Virus record (IMG/VR): IMGVR_UViG_3300017763_000002
Coordinates: 140,907 to 204,906 of that record
Direction: 5' to 3' (one strand)
DNA: 64,000 nt
The notes beneath the pieces are model-generated. The model saw nothing but the letters and a program-made list of their open reading frames with translations. It ran no database searches and was not told the origin of the DNA. The position numbers and the translations under genes were made by a program. Below, piece after piece: positions 22,604 through 32,593 of this stretch (the first letter of the stretch is position 1; each line of letters opens with the position of its first letter).

Positions 22604-23143
22604 ATGTCAGACTTATTATACAAAACAAAAACATATCTTGTTGGGCATATGCAATATCTCTCTGGTAGAAACTGGAGAGAAGAAGTAACTGAAAAATTAC
22701 AACCGTTGAATATAACCTGCTTTGATCCATACAAAAAGCCTTTCATGAAAGATGTCGAAGAAGATGAAGCATCTAGACAAGAAATGGAAACATGGATGCG
22801 TACAAAACAATACGATCGAGTTACAGACAGAATGAAAACAGTACGTTCTTACGATTTAAATCTTGTTGATAGAAGTGATTTTATTATTGCTCATCTAGTT
22901 CCAGATGTAGCTTCTTGGGGCAGCGCAGAAGAGATTGTTACGGCGGTACGCATGAAGAAGCCTGTCTTTATTAGCATGGAAGGGGGTAAAGCAAAGACCC
23001 CTCTTTGGATGCTAGGAATGCTTCCTCACAAATTTATATATAATAGTCTTGACGAAATTATAGAAATGTTGTATGCTATTAATAATGGAAACAAAGAAAT
23101 CGATTCAGATAGATGGAGACTTTTACGAAAGGAATTTAGATGA
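22604..23143 (+). CDS. Nucleoside 2-deoxyribosyltransferase-like protein
   Basis: YLVG.M...WRE...FDP...DL..VDRSD...SWGSAEE...KKPV pattern. Confidence 0.7.
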   Translation: MSDLLYKTKTYLVGHMQYLSGRNWREEVTEKLQPLNITCFDPYKKPFMKDVEEDEASRQEMETWMRTKQYDRVTDRMKTVRSYDLNLVDRSDFIIAHLVPDVASWGSAEEIVTAVRMKKPVFISMEGGKAKTPLWMLGMLPHKFIYNSLDEIIEMLYAINNGNKEIDSDRWRLLRKEFR

Positions 23144-23304
23144 TTGAAATACTAGCAACATTGCCAGACAAAGAGTACATCTCTTTTTTCACAGGAGACT
23201 GGCTTGTATTTTCTATTGTAGGTGGCATCGTATGGGCTTATAAAGATAAATTTAAATTCAACCTCAGTGGTAGAGAAGAAGAGGACGAATGGCGTCATTT
23301 TTAA
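23140..23304 (+). CDS. Small putative membrane protein (54 aa)
   Basis: ATGA overlap with upstream stop; hydrophobic WLVFSIVGGIVWAY. Confidence 0.5.
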   Translation: MIEILATLPDKEYISFFTGDWLVFSIVGGIVWAYKDKFKFNLSGREEEDEWRHF

Positions 23305-24260
23305 CTGACATTGTAAGACTACCTTATCTTGAGAAGCCAACTCAAGAAGAGTTTTTAAATATCAGATCTAATCCAGCAGTATTTAAAAACGCCATAGAGA
23401 ATAAGAATGCATTAAATCTTACATTTGATAAAATCAAAAATGAAATATCAGATGTAGATATTAAACTCAGGCGATCTTTATGCAACAAGTCTGAGCGCAT
23501 AATGACTACGCTGCATACATATGTAGATTATATTTTAAATCATCAGCCGCTAACAAATTGTTATGCAGAAAACCCAATGACAGGAGAGGCATCCTTTCAT
23601 GACTATACAATTGAAGACAAACTTTATTGTTTAGAAATGGACGCAAATTATGATCCCGAGCTGGCCAAGTTCTTTTCTTGTCCTAGTTTTATGGGGGACT
23701 GGTATGACAAATATTTACCACTAATGAAAAGATCCGTGCTAGAAGGCAAGCGGCACACATGGTTTTTTATTGGCCCAGAAGATACTTTAAGTGAGTTGCA
23801 CACAGACCACGATTCAATCCACACAACTATACAACAATGCGACGGCAAGAAAAGGTTTTTTATTATTAAGCCCGAAGAGCAAATTTGGTTAGAAGGCAGG
23901 CATTCTGAAGAAGTTATAGAGTCAGTAAGATTTGAAATCCTGAACGACAAACTTTCGGTGTCTTCAATTCTAAACAATAAAGAATCTGAAGCGATCCTTA
24001 AAGACCTTCAAACAATACAAATCCATGTTAACGATTTAGTGCGTGGAGATGTAATATATATACCATCCATGACGGGGCACTGCGCTGTTAGTTTAACAAA
24101 CTCAATCGGAGTTAGTAGAGATTTTATAGATGATACAAACATAGACAAGTATTTATTTTCGTGCCTTTTTTCCAGTCAAGTGTTTGAAGTAGCTCACAAT
24201 ATTATTCCTTACCCTCTATTACAAAATTTACAAAATGAATATGAAAGCATTAAAGTATAA
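23289..24260 (+). CDS. JmjC/cupin-like 2OG-Fe(II) oxygenase
   Basis: WFFIGP..T.SELHTD (HxD), GKKRF, GDVIYIPS..GH (distal His). Confidence 0.8.
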   Translation: MASFLTDIVRLPYLEKPTQEEFLNIRSNPAVFKNAIENKNALNLTFDKIKNEISDVDIKLRRSLCNKSERIMTTLHTYVDYILNHQPLTNCYAENPMTGEASFHDYTIEDKLYCLEMDANYDPELAKFFSCPSFMGDWYDKYLPLMKRSVLEGKRHTWFFIGPEDTLSELHTDHDSIHTTIQQCDGKKRFFIIKPEEQIWLEGRHSEEVIESVRFEILNDKLSVSSILNNKESEAILKDLQTIQIHVNDLVRGDVIYIPSMTGHCAVSLTNSIGVSRDFIDDTNIDKYLFSCLFSSQVFEVAHNIIPYPLLQNLQNEYESIKV

Positions 24261-25206
24261 CGACATTTGTTTAATAGCTAATTATAGCGAATTGTTTAGT
24301 CGCTCAGACGCAGACACAGAGATCGAATTGTTTGGCGAGAAGTATAAATTGCCAGTGATGCCTGCGAATATGAAATCAGTTATAGATATGCATATTGCAA
24401 AATGGATGAGTGAAAATAATTATTTTTATATTATGCATAGATTTGATAATGATCTTAAAGATGTCGTCTCACAAATGAATGACGAAAATTGGGAAACTAT
24501 ATCGGTGAGCATGGGAATTAAAATAAATGACAAAAAAGACGTAGTTGCTCTTGCAAAATACAAACAAAGAGTTGATTATATAACTATTGATATTGCTCAC
24601 GGACATTGCAGCAGAATGAAGTCAGCTATCGATTGCATTAAAAAATTTATGCCTAAGACTAGAATTATTGCCGGCAATGTGTCAACTCCTACTGCTGTAA
24701 GAGATTTAGCTTCTTGGGGTGCAGATATAGTTAAAGTTGGCATTGGTCAAGGCTCGCCTTGCACAACAAAAGACAAGACAGGGTTTACAATGCCTATGTT
24801 TAGTTGCGTTCAATGGTGCGCCAATGAATTTGTTGATGATGATGGAGATTCTATACCCATCATAGCAGATGGTGGTGTTAAATGTAATGGAGACATTGCT
24901 AAAGCTCTAGTCGCTGGAGCAAAAATGGTTATGTCTGGAGGTATGTTTGCAGCTTGTACAGACAGTCCAGCAGCGACAAGCGTAGTAAATAATGTTCCCT
25001 ATAAAGCCTATTTTGGTTCGGCCAGCGCAGAGAATAAAGGGCATAATAATCATATTGAAGGCAAGCTCACTAATGTTGTAACTAACAGCATGTCTTATGA
25101 AGAAAAGTTAAATGAAATTCAGCAAGACCTGCAGAGTGCCATTTCATACGCAGGAGGTAGTAATTTAAATGCCTTAAACTATGTAGATTATGAGCGTGTC
25201 GATTAA
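24241..25206 (+). CDS. guaC: GMP reductase
   Basis: PANMKSVID, ITIDIAHGH, IAGNV.TP, KVGIGQGSPCTT, IIADGG, YFGSAS, LQSAISYAGG. Confidence 0.92.
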   Translation: MKALKYNDICLIANYSELFSRSDADTEIELFGEKYKLPVMPANMKSVIDMHIAKWMSENNYFYIMHRFDNDLKDVVSQMNDENWETISVSMGIKINDKKDVVALAKYKQRVDYITIDIAHGHCSRMKSAIDCIKKFMPKTRIIAGNVSTPTAVRDLASWGADIVKVGIGQGSPCTTKDKTGFTMPMFSCVQWCANEFVDDDGDSIPIIADGGVKCNGDIAKALVAGAKMVMSGGMFAACTDSPAATSVVNNVPYKAYFGSASAENKGHNNHIEGKLTNVVTNSMSYEEKLNEIQQDLQSAISYAGGSNLNALNYVDYERVD

Positions 25207-25675
25207 TGTTGTAAAAGTTGAAGACGAATCAGAATCTAAAAGGCTGATTAGGTTGGCGCTACTATCGGACGCTTTGCCTTTTTCGTTTATTGACACAGCC
25301 CAGAACATAGAAAGGTTTTATAGCTTTGATGTTAGGCCCGCAATCCTCAACCAAGACCCTGTCTTATTTTGCAGTGTTAATGGAAAAAATGTTGGAATGA
25401 GTTGCGTATCAACTTGTATGAGCAAAATTTATGAACTGCAAGAGCCTTTAGCAATAGGAATTTTTACTTTCGTTCAAGAATCTTTCAGAAAGCGTGGCCT
25501 CGCTTACCAAATGCATGTAAAAGCTCTTGACATGCTTAAAAAAGACGGTTACAATAAAGTAATAGGAGAAATTATGAATAAAAATCAAGACTCACTAAAT
25601 AGCTGCAATTACCTATCCAAAGAAACAGGTATAGATTTTAACATTTACAGCACAAGATATGAATGTAAAATATAA
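25190..25675 (+). CDS. GNAT-family acetyltransferase
   Basis: FVQESFRKRGLA acetyl-CoA-binding motif A, plus N..S motif. Confidence 0.7.
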   Translation: MSVSINVVKVEDESESKRLIRLALLSDALPFSFIDTAQNIERFYSFDVRPAILNQDPVLFCSVNGKNVGMSCVSTCMSKIYELQEPLAIGIFTFVQESFRKRGLAYQMHVKALDMLKKDGYNKVIGEIMNKNQDSLNSCNYLSKETGIDFNIYSTRYECKI

Positions 25676-26300
25676 TTTTCTAGATACGGTTTGGCGTTAC
25701 GCCCAAGATGATGATGCTAAAATATTACCTAAAAACCCTAGGGTCTTAGAGCTGCTGAATTGTGTCTGTGAGATATTTATCGAGTTCCCTAACGACGAAA
25801 TTGAACCTCCTAGCTCTTGCGTTATGGCTTTAGCTGCTAACTCTGGCGCAAGTTTCTCTGGAGCGGCCTCGGCCTCCCTAAACTGCATCACAGATCAGCA
25901 TTTACTACTAGAAAGAATAGCAGATTTCATTGAAGATAATTTTAATAACACTTACTCAAAAGTTATTGATGAAAATAAAATCATTCCAGGATTTGGACAC
26001 CCATCAATCAAGGGAGAGGATGATAGAGTAAACTTTTTACTGAAAGAGTTTGATGATTTATGTGGCCCTAGAGTTAACTTTTGTAGATATATTGAAGTAA
26101 GACTTCCCGTCAAAATGAATATCGGTTCAGCTATAGCGTCTCTTCTGCTGGATAACGACATCAAGAAAGAATATATATTATATTTTCCTCTAATAGGAAG
26201 GTTATTTGGTTGGAATAAAATTTATAATTCAGTAAAAAATAATTTCCCAAAAGTTGTTCCCTCCAACGAGCTAACAAGCTCTTATGCTTCTTCTGAATGA
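25659..26300 (+). CDS. Truncated citrate synthase/citryl-CoA lyase-like protein
   Basis: IIPGFGHP....DDR motif; PPSS...ALAANSGA; MNI..AIA..L..; GR..GW. Confidence 0.65.
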   Translation: MNVKYNFLDTVWRYAQDDDAKILPKNPRVLELLNCVCEIFIEFPNDEIEPPSSCVMALAANSGASFSGAASASLNCITDQHLLLERIADFIEDNFNNTYSKVIDENKIIPGFGHPSIKGEDDRVNFLLKEFDDLCGPRVNFCRYIEVRLPVKMNIGSAIASLLLDNDIKKEYILYFPLIGRLFGWNKIYNSVKNNFPKVVPSNELTSSYASSE

Positions 26301-26754
26301 CATTTTAGAATTAGAATCTATGGTTCCGCAAGATTTTGCGGCGTATAATGTATATGATTCTATGTTACAGAAGAATTCTTTTATAGATGGATTGGCAAAA
26401 AAAATATGTCACGAGTTTTCTATAAATCAAAGTAATTTGGGGGTGATTGTAAATAGTTTTCTTACTCACGGTTTACCTCTAGGGCCGCATGATTATAAAA
26501 CTCACTATGATCGCTCAATTAACCAACATTGGATTTATTTTTGCACCCGATCCCAAATAGTTAAAGGAGGAGAGATGATAATGCTAGAAGATGATCCTTC
26601 GTTTGATTTATTTGATAAACCTACAGATTATAAACAATATTCTATAGAACATAACAAACTAATACAAATTGGGCCAGCAGTAAAAAGATTATTTAATTCA
26701 ATTTCTGCTTGTAGTTATCCTGTTTTTCATATAAACTTATATACTTATGACTAA
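26284..26754 (+). CDS. Hypothetical protein (possible degenerate 2OG-oxygenase fold)
   Basis: Overlapping operonic ORF; H..D, KGGEM elements. Confidence 0.4.
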   Translation: MLLLNDILELESMVPQDFAAYNVYDSMLQKNSFIDGLAKKICHEFSINQSNLGVIVNSFLTHGLPLGPHDYKTHYDRSINQHWIYFCTRSQIVKGGEMIMLEDDPSFDLFDKPTDYKQYSIEHNKLIQIGPAVKRLFNSISACSYPVFHINLYTYD

Positions 26755-27421
26755 AAATTTACTTTCTATTGATATTGATTATTGCCTACATGCAAATGAT
26801 ATTGTAGATTTATTTGACATACTAACATCTAAATGTGTTAATGTTGACGAAGATAAAATATTATTTAGTCAGTATCATATTGATGTATTAGATTTAATAA
26901 AAAAAATTCATCACCCATTATCAATTTATAATGTTGATTTGCATCATGACATTTTTTATGAAAACCAAACCTCAATTGCAGAAGTAAAATCAGGAGTAGT
27001 AAGTTCTGCGGATTGGGTATTGTGGTGTCTACTAAACAAAAGAGTAGAGAGTTATACTTGGATCAAACAACACAACTCTGAAGAATTTTCTGAGGACATG
27101 CTAGAACTATTTAACAAAGCGTCAAACCATGAAGATAACTATGGCATTGTAGACTCTAGAAACGTTGTATTTTCTAGCAAGAAAGCTTTTGCTCATAAGC
27201 GTGACGAAAATTTTATCAAACAGAAGCCAAAAATTTTTACAGAGACCAGAGCTCTACAAAGTTTACAAAATTTAGATTTTGATTATATATTTGTATGCTT
27301 GTCGCCAGACTACACACCCAAAGAAAATTTTTTCTTGTATGATTTATGCAAGCTAGGAGTCGAGAGAATTATTGAAAATCGAAATATCGTAAAAAAAATC
27401 CGAGAAGGGGTTGAGCTGTAG
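26747..27421 (+). CDS. UPF0489-like (arginase/deacetylase-fold) metalloprotein
   Basis: LSIDIDY, NVDLHHD, IFVCLSPDYTP. Confidence 0.6.
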   Translation: MTKNLLSIDIDYCLHANDIVDLFDILTSKCVNVDEDKILFSQYHIDVLDLIKKIHHPLSIYNVDLHHDIFYENQTSIAEVKSGVVSSADWVLWCLLNKRVESYTWIKQHNSEEFSEDMLELFNKASNHEDNYGIVDSRNVVFSSKKAFAHKRDENFIKQKPKIFTETRALQSLQNLDFDYIFVCLSPDYTPKENFFLYDLCKLGVERIIENRNIVKKIREGVEL

Positions 27422-28209
27422 TGGACTATATACAAAGTGAAATAGAAAATTGCTTTAAAGAAGATATATTTAAAGTTTTCGCGAAAAATTCTCAGCAAAT
27501 GAAAATTATGCACAGATCGCTAGACGGAATTGGTGTGAATTACAATAAAAAACAAATAACTAAAGTAAAAGCATATTGTAAAATATTAGATTATTTTCCA
27601 AAGTTTTCAGATGAGTTTTTAAATTCTTTTTTATTTAATATCGAAGAAAGGCGAGTGTTTTTTAATTTTTGTGACAGCCACTCAGAGTGTTTACTAGATC
27701 GCTCTACTGGGCTTTCGGGATTTAATTTATCCGTAAAAAAAGATATGACAACTGGAAAGATAACAAGATCAATATATTTAAAAAAAGATAAAATGCGCAC
27801 GGTCTTACTTAACTTTGAAGATAATATATCTTATTCTAAATACTTTTATGTATTTTCTCCCAGTTGGGTGAGTTTTTTATCTCGCATGTTTGGTGCGCCA
27901 CAGCACGAGCACGGGCTAGAGCTCTCTATAAAAGACTTCAACGCATTTGCCACCATATACCCTCAGTTTTCATTTAAGTCCGTTTTAAAGCCCTCAAGCA
28001 TGAGGTTTTCATTTAACGATTTTTTCTACAATTTAAGCAAGCACAAACCATGGAACATAGAAGACGAGATATTATTATATTTCTATAACAACAACACATA
28101 TTTAAGACCTATAACTAAAGGTTACGGATTACTAGGAGACAATAGAAAAATATATATTGGAGCTTTTTCTTATAAACATTCTGCTTTCAAAAATTTTATA
28201 ACAAATTAA
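27421..28209 (+). CDS. Hypothetical protein
   Basis: 262 aa ORF abutting the upstream stop. Confidence 0.55.
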   Translation: MDYIQSEIENCFKEDIFKVFAKNSQQMKIMHRSLDGIGVNYNKKQITKVKAYCKILDYFPKFSDEFLNSFLFNIEERRVFFNFCDSHSECLLDRSTGLSGFNLSVKKDMTTGKITRSIYLKKDKMRTVLLNFEDNISYSKYFYVFSPSWVSFLSRMFGAPQHEHGLELSIKDFNAFATIYPQFSFKSVLKPSSMRFSFNDFFYNLSKHKPWNIEDEILLYFYNNNTYLRPITKGYGLLGDNRKIYIGAFSYKHSAFKNFITN

Positions 28210-28504
28210 TTATTTTTTCAAAATTATGATATCCAATTTTTCTAACTTTTACGTTACCCTTGAGCAGTTTATTAAACTTATACCTTATAACAAATCCATC
28301 TTCTTTGCCATAGGATACAATTTCTTTGACGAAATCATAAGCTCCCCTAGACTTTAACCATTTATAATAAAAATCCTTCATGTCTTTTTCGCATTCAAGT
28401 ATCACTTCTCTATCTTTAAATACGCTTGCATACAAGGTTATGTCTCTGAATAATGTTGTTTCAGAGGGCGGTTCGCAAAGTATTCCATCTATAATAAGAA
28501 GCAT
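28196..28504 (-). CDS. Hypothetical protein (HAD-like N-terminus, tentative)
   Basis: MLLIIDG start with GTGTA 10 nt upstream. Confidence 0.55.
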   Translation of the reverse strand: MLLIIDGILCEPPSETTLFRDITLYASVFKDREVILECEKDMKDFYYKWLKSRGAYDFVKEIVSYGKEDGFVIRYKFNKLLKGNVKVRKIGYHNFEKIINLL

Positions 28505-28530
28505 TATTATTAAATACACAAAAAAAATGC

Positions 28531-28559
28531 TTGACTTTTGCATGAAAATTTCGTATACT
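28531..28559 (+). promoter_or_regulatory. sigma70-like promoter
   Basis: TTGACT-N17-TATACT, ATG at 28568. Confidence 0.75.
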
Positions 28560-28567
28560 TTATAACA

Positions 28568-28861
28568 ATGGATAATACATCAAATAATAACTCAGAGTGG
28601 CGTGACAGAGAGCTAGGAGCTCTTTGGGTGCGTCAAGGCAAGGGACAAAAGTATCTTACTGGTCACTTGGAAATCGAAACTATGCCTGGCGTTAACGAAA
28701 AAGTTAAAGTCGTGGTATTTTCTAACAAAGGAAAGCAAAAGAACGAAAACGCCCCAGATTACGTGGTCTATCGCTCTCAGCCCGCTCAAGACTCAGCAGC
28801 AGAAGCTACAACTTCTACAGCAGAGGCAACTTCTAACGAACTTCCAGAAGCTTTAGTGTAA
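28568..28861 (+). CDS. DUF736-like putative ssDNA-binding protein
   Basis: ELGALW......YLTG...VVFSN..K..ENAPDY plus low-complexity acidic tail. Confidence 0.6.
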   Translation: MDNTSNNNSEWRDRELGALWVRQGKGQKYLTGHLEIETMPGVNEKVKVVVFSNKGKQKNENAPDYVVYRSQPAQDSAAEATTSTAEATSNELPEALV

Positions 28862-28869
28862 TGTTTCTT

Positions 28870-29232
28870 GGGGGTGTTTTGGATTCGATTGTTATTTGAA
28901 AGTTTTAGTGCAGTACGAAGAGATGCCTGGCTTCGTTAAAAGGCATAAAGAAATAAATGCTAAAAACATTGTTTCGTTCGAGGACTTCGTTCATAGCGAA
29001 GAACTCGCTCTTGCAGCTTAGAGCTGCACCTCTTGTTAATGGACGCAGATAAATTATCAAGGGGTCATCAATCTGCAAAAACAGACCAAAGGTTTGCTTG
29101 TTCATAAACTGAAAATAATTGTAACAAGACGTTAGATGTTTATATCCCAACGTTAAAAAAAATAAACTATTACTGTAGACCTAATTCCGAATAATCAACA
29201 AGACGCGGGTTCAAATCCCGCCACCTCCACCA
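28870..29232 (+). ncRNA. ssrA: tmRNA
   Basis: 5' GGGGGTG..GGATTCGA and 3' GCGGGTTCAAATCCCGC-CACCTCC-ACCA form an Ala-type acceptor with G3.U; tag ORF 28959-29021 AKNIVSFEDFVHSEELALAA*. Confidence 0.95.
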
Positions 29233-29237
29233 ACATC

Positions 29238-29585
29238 GTGATAAAAAAGTTAATCAATCTTTTCTCAAAAAAACCAAAGTCTAATCTTCCAGATTTATCT
29301 AAAGATTCAGTCAAAAAAAGTATTTTTGGATTCAAGAAAAAACAACCGCCAATACTAGAGCTAATTCAACAGCTAGTAATTAATAAAGTTGACTTTGATT
29401 CCCTTAAAGACTCTATGTCTGAAACAGACTGGAAACAGCTATCAATATTAAAAAAAGATTTTAATAAAGCAGTAAAAACAGCAGGAATGCATAAAGGTAA
29501 TAAAGCTGCGAAAAACAAATCTAAAATTATTAATTTTATAGCATTTTTAGTAGAGAAAAATTATTTAATAAAAATTAAAAAATAA
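29238..29585 (+). CDS. Hypothetical Lys-rich protein
   Basis: 115 aa ORF directly after tmRNA. Confidence 0.5.
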   Translation: MIKKLINLFSKKPKSNLPDLSKDSVKKSIFGFKKKQPPILELIQQLVINKVDFDSLKDSMSETDWKQLSILKKDFNKAVKTAGMHKGNKAAKNKSKIINFIAFLVEKNYLIKIKK

Positions 29586-29630
29586 CTTTATAAACACTAA
29601 GTTTGCATACATTATATAGTATATTTAATT

Positions 29631-29912
29631 ATGAATGACGAAGACAAAAACAAAGTAACCTTAGCTTTAGCTAATTCCTTCCTACAGACTGCAACGCTTC
29701 AGCAGACTTTACAAATTGTACAAGAAAAAGCGCTTGAAAGAGCAAAAGAAGAAGTCGAAAGCATGAACGAAGAACAGATGGAAGAAATTTTAACAAGCAT
29801 TAAAGCTCAGGAAATCGCTCAAGATTTAAAGAAACAAAAATCTGGAGAAACTGAAACGCCCGACAACGAAGTTGCAAAAACTTCAAAGTCAAATAAAACT
29901 ACTAAAAAGTAA
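29631..29912 (+). CDS. Hypothetical helical protein
   Basis: 93 aa ORF, ATG after AT-rich promoter-like region. Confidence 0.6.
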   Translation: MNDEDKNKVTLALANSFLQTATLQQTLQIVQEKALERAKEEVESMNEEQMEEILTSIKAQEIAQDLKKQKSGETETPDNEVAKTSKSNKTTKK

Positions 29913-30110
29913 AGTGCCTTCTAAAGAAATCTCCGTCTTCGCTGTGACAAAAAACGGCAGAAGATACGAAGATGTAAATTATATCTCTAGAGAATCTGCG
30001 TTGAAAAAAATTGAACAAATTAAATCTTCTATGCAAAAATCTAAAGGCCATTTTATGAAACAAAGTTTTGTAAGATTTGATATTGTCGAAACCCAGAAAC
30101 CAAACAAAGT

Positions 30111-30629
30111 TTGGTAGGGTTAATGGAAAAACAAAACCTATCTCAGTTTTCTTTTTTTGAACTAGCTAATCGAAGAAAATATAGAATCGAAAAATCTAGT
30201 AACGAACATATAAAGCTCGGTGTTGACTTCTACGTTCATGGAAAATACCAAAAAACCCAAAGAGAAGTTAAAATGTTATTTGCGGTTAAACGCAGAAAAA
30301 ACAAGCAGAGCTCTACTTATCATGACCGTTGGATTTGGATAGAATATAAAAAGCACAAAAACCAAGAAGGCTGGATTTACGGGCCTTCGCATTTTGTCGC
30401 TTTTGAAAGATCTAAAGATTTTTTAATTATTAATCGCAAAGTGTTGCTTGATTACTTAAATAGTAATAAATGCAAAGTGCGATGGGATAAACCTTTTGTT
30501 CCAGAGCCCAAGGATGCAAAGTACAGGATATATCAAAATCCTAAAAACGGATCGCAAATTTGTCAAATATTAGCAAAAGATATTCTCAAGCTTAAAGGAG
30601 TTGCAATATGGCTAAAAAACGGGGAATAA
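30111..30629 (+). CDS. PD-(D/E)XK-like nuclease-fold protein (tentative)
   Basis: EHIKLGVDF...VK...WIWIEY....EGWIYG..HFVAFE pattern seen in phage nucleases; catalytic set looks degenerate. Confidence 0.5.
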   Translation: MVGLMEKQNLSQFSFFELANRRKYRIEKSSNEHIKLGVDFYVHGKYQKTQREVKMLFAVKRRKNKQSSTYHDRWIWIEYKKHKNQEGWIYGPSHFVAFERSKDFLIINRKVLLDYLNSNKCKVRWDKPFVPEPKDAKYRIYQNPKNGSQICQILAKDILKLKGVAIWLKNGE

Positions 30630-31049
30630 ATGAAGATAAAATTTAAAAAATTAGATCAACTTGCAGATATACCAAACTACGCCCAAGCAGGAGATGCTGG
30701 AATGGATTTAAAAGCCGTTTCACTGACTGCGCTCGCTGGTTTCTGGGAGTATGGAACAGGTTTAGCCTTAGAGATTCCATTAGGATACGTAGGGCTTGTT
30801 TTCCCTCGTTCAAGCATATCCAAGACAGATCATTCACTAAGGAACTCTGTAGGGGTCATAGACGCAGGCTATCGAGGTGAAATCAAACTGAGAATGAGCT
30901 CGCCTGTTTTAGGCTCAGATTGTTACGGAATTGGAGATAGAATTGGGCAGTTATTAATTTTAAAATTGCCTTGGGTAGAAATAGAAGAAGTGAAAGAATT
31001 ATCGCCCACCTCCAGAGGTGAAGGCGGTTTTGGCAGCACTGGAAAATAA
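30630..31049 (+). CDS. dut: dUTPase (trimeric)
   Basis: AGMDL, PRSS, GVIDAGYRGEI, RIGQL, RGEGGFGSTG. Confidence 0.95.
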   Translation: MKIKFKKLDQLADIPNYAQAGDAGMDLKAVSLTALAGFWEYGTGLALEIPLGYVGLVFPRSSISKTDHSLRNSVGVIDAGYRGEIKLRMSSPVLGSDCYGIGDRIGQLLILKLPWVEIEEVKELSPTSRGEGGFGSTGK

Positions 31050-31094
31050 TTTGATTGACTTTAAGTCAAATATAAACTAATATTATAATTAACA

Positions 31095-31271
31095 ATGAAA
31101 AAACCAATGACCACAGAAGTAATTAAAAGAGTTATTAGCCAATACAAGCGCTATAAACTTTCTTTAGGAGAAGAAGCTTTAGTAGAACTTCTTTCAACAG
31201 AAATAGCAGATGAACTAAGAAGGAATTTTGTTATAGAGCCCTTGTATTCTAGAAAGCAAAAAACAAGATGA
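31095..31271 (+). CDS. Small hypothetical protein (58 aa)
   Basis: ORF after TTGACT-N17-TAATAT promoter; stop overlaps next ATG. Confidence 0.5.
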   Translation: MKKPMTTEVIKRVISQYKRYKLSLGEEALVELLSTEIADELRRNFVIEPLYSRKQKTR

Positions 31272-31459
31272 TTGTGAGTTTCTGTTTAAATAAATTCATG
31301 CCTACAGTATTGATTGCAATATTGTGCTTTTATAGCTTCGGCTTCTACAAAATTGAACCATATTTTATTATGGCTCTGCTATTATTTTCGCAAAGATTTC
31401 ATTATAAAGCTGGTTACGCTATGGCTTATTGCGAATCAAATAATGTAAATTTAGATTAA
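31268..31459 (+). CDS. Small membrane protein
   Basis: Two hydrophobic segments. Confidence 0.5.
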   Translation: MIVSFCLNKFMPTVLIAILCFYSFGFYKIEPYFIMALLLFSQRFHYKAGYAMAYCESNNVNLD

Positions 31460-31460
31460 C

Positions 31461-31832
31461 ATGGATCTAGATTTCGTTTGTATAGGATTTGCGTGTTTAG
31501 GTGTTTTATTTTATTTAATTAATAAAAAACAAAAAACCTTAATACTCAACCTTCAAAAAGAAAAATCTAAATTAATTTCAGCAAAAAAAAGTACGGAAGT
31601 CAGAACTGGACATATTGTAGAAAAGTTTGCTCCTTTCTTGAAGACCTTCCCGCATGACCCTGAAAAAGCGGTTTTCTTGGGGCAGCCTATAGATTATATA
31701 GTTTTCGAGGATACAGGAGTAACTTTTTCTGAAATAAAAAGCGGTAACTCGCAGTTGAGCCAAAAACAAAAAGCTATAAAACAAAACATTCTTAACGGAA
31801 ACGTATTTTGGGAAGAAGTCAGGGTAAAATAA
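31461..31832 (+). CDS. Holliday junction resolvase-like endonuclease (Endonuc_Holl type) with N-terminal TM
   Basis: G.I.EKFAPF...FLGQPIDYIVF...EIKSG.SQLS..Q..IK. Confidence 0.8.
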   Translation: MDLDFVCIGFACLGVLFYLINKKQKTLILNLQKEKSKLISAKKSTEVRTGHIVEKFAPFLKTFPHDPEKAVFLGQPIDYIVFEDTGVTFSEIKSGNSQLSQKQKAIKQNILNGNVFWEEVRVK

Positions 31833-31938
31833 AATTTATGAATCAATTAAAATACATTAAACTAAAATCAGAAGTTTCTGCTCTAAGAAGAGAGGTTGTT
31901 TCTCTTAAGAAAATTGTATGTAAATTAAAAAAGCAAAA

Positions 31939-32355
31939 TTGGAAACAAAAAGACACATTTTCTCGGGTGAAATAAATAACTATTTTGCGGACAAACTTCA
32001 TGGTTTTCACGATCAATTTGTGGAAACCATGTTGCTTTGTGGAGTAGACGAGCCGGGCACAGCATTAGATGAAATCAAAATGACAAAAAATCCTAGCTTT
32101 ACAATGACTTATTATAAAAAAATTGTAGGTGGTTTATTAAAATTTCAGCCAGAAATATATATTTGCTGTATTGATGAAAATTATGAACTATTAGCGGAGT
32201 GCTATCTCACTCACCTAGATAACAAAAAAGACATAGATGATATCTATTTATTACAAAATGTTTTCAATTGGGACCGAACTGGATTGTTTTGCGCCCAAGT
32301 TTGGAAGCTAAAAGAAAATAATATGTGTAATATAAATAGATATTGGAATGAATAG
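31939..32355 (+). CDS. Hypothetical protein
   Basis: 138 aa ORF. Confidence 0.5.
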   Translation: METKRHIFSGEINNYFADKLHGFHDQFVETMLLCGVDEPGTALDEIKMTKNPSFTMTYYKKIVGGLLKFQPEIYICCIDENYELLAECYLTHLDNKKDIDDIYLLQNVFNWDRTGLFCAQVWKLKENNMCNINRYWNE

Positions 32356-32548
32356 AAAAGACAGAAGATCCCCTTGGTTGCTATCTTGGAATGAAAGATT
32401 TTTAAGAAACGGTAAAACCAAAAAAACAGAAGCTCAAATTTTAGAAGCTAAAAGACAGGGTAATTGGGCTGAAGTTATTAAGCTAAAACACTTGCTTAGA
32501 AAAGTTTGGTGGGGATACAAAAAAATCATAAATAATAGAAATGATTAA
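32348..32548 (+). CDS. Small basic hypothetical protein
   Basis: 66 aa ORF, GTGTA 18 nt upstream. Confidence 0.5.
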   Translation: MNRKDRRSPWLLSWNERFLRNGKTKKTEAQILEAKRQGNWAEVIKLKHLLRKVWWGYKKIINNRND

Positions 32549-32593
32549 TATTTTTCATGGAATATTTTTGTGTTCATATGTGTAATACTGAAT

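Noticed and set aside
28905-29150. Minus-strand 81-aa ORF
   Set aside because: Antisense to the tmRNA.
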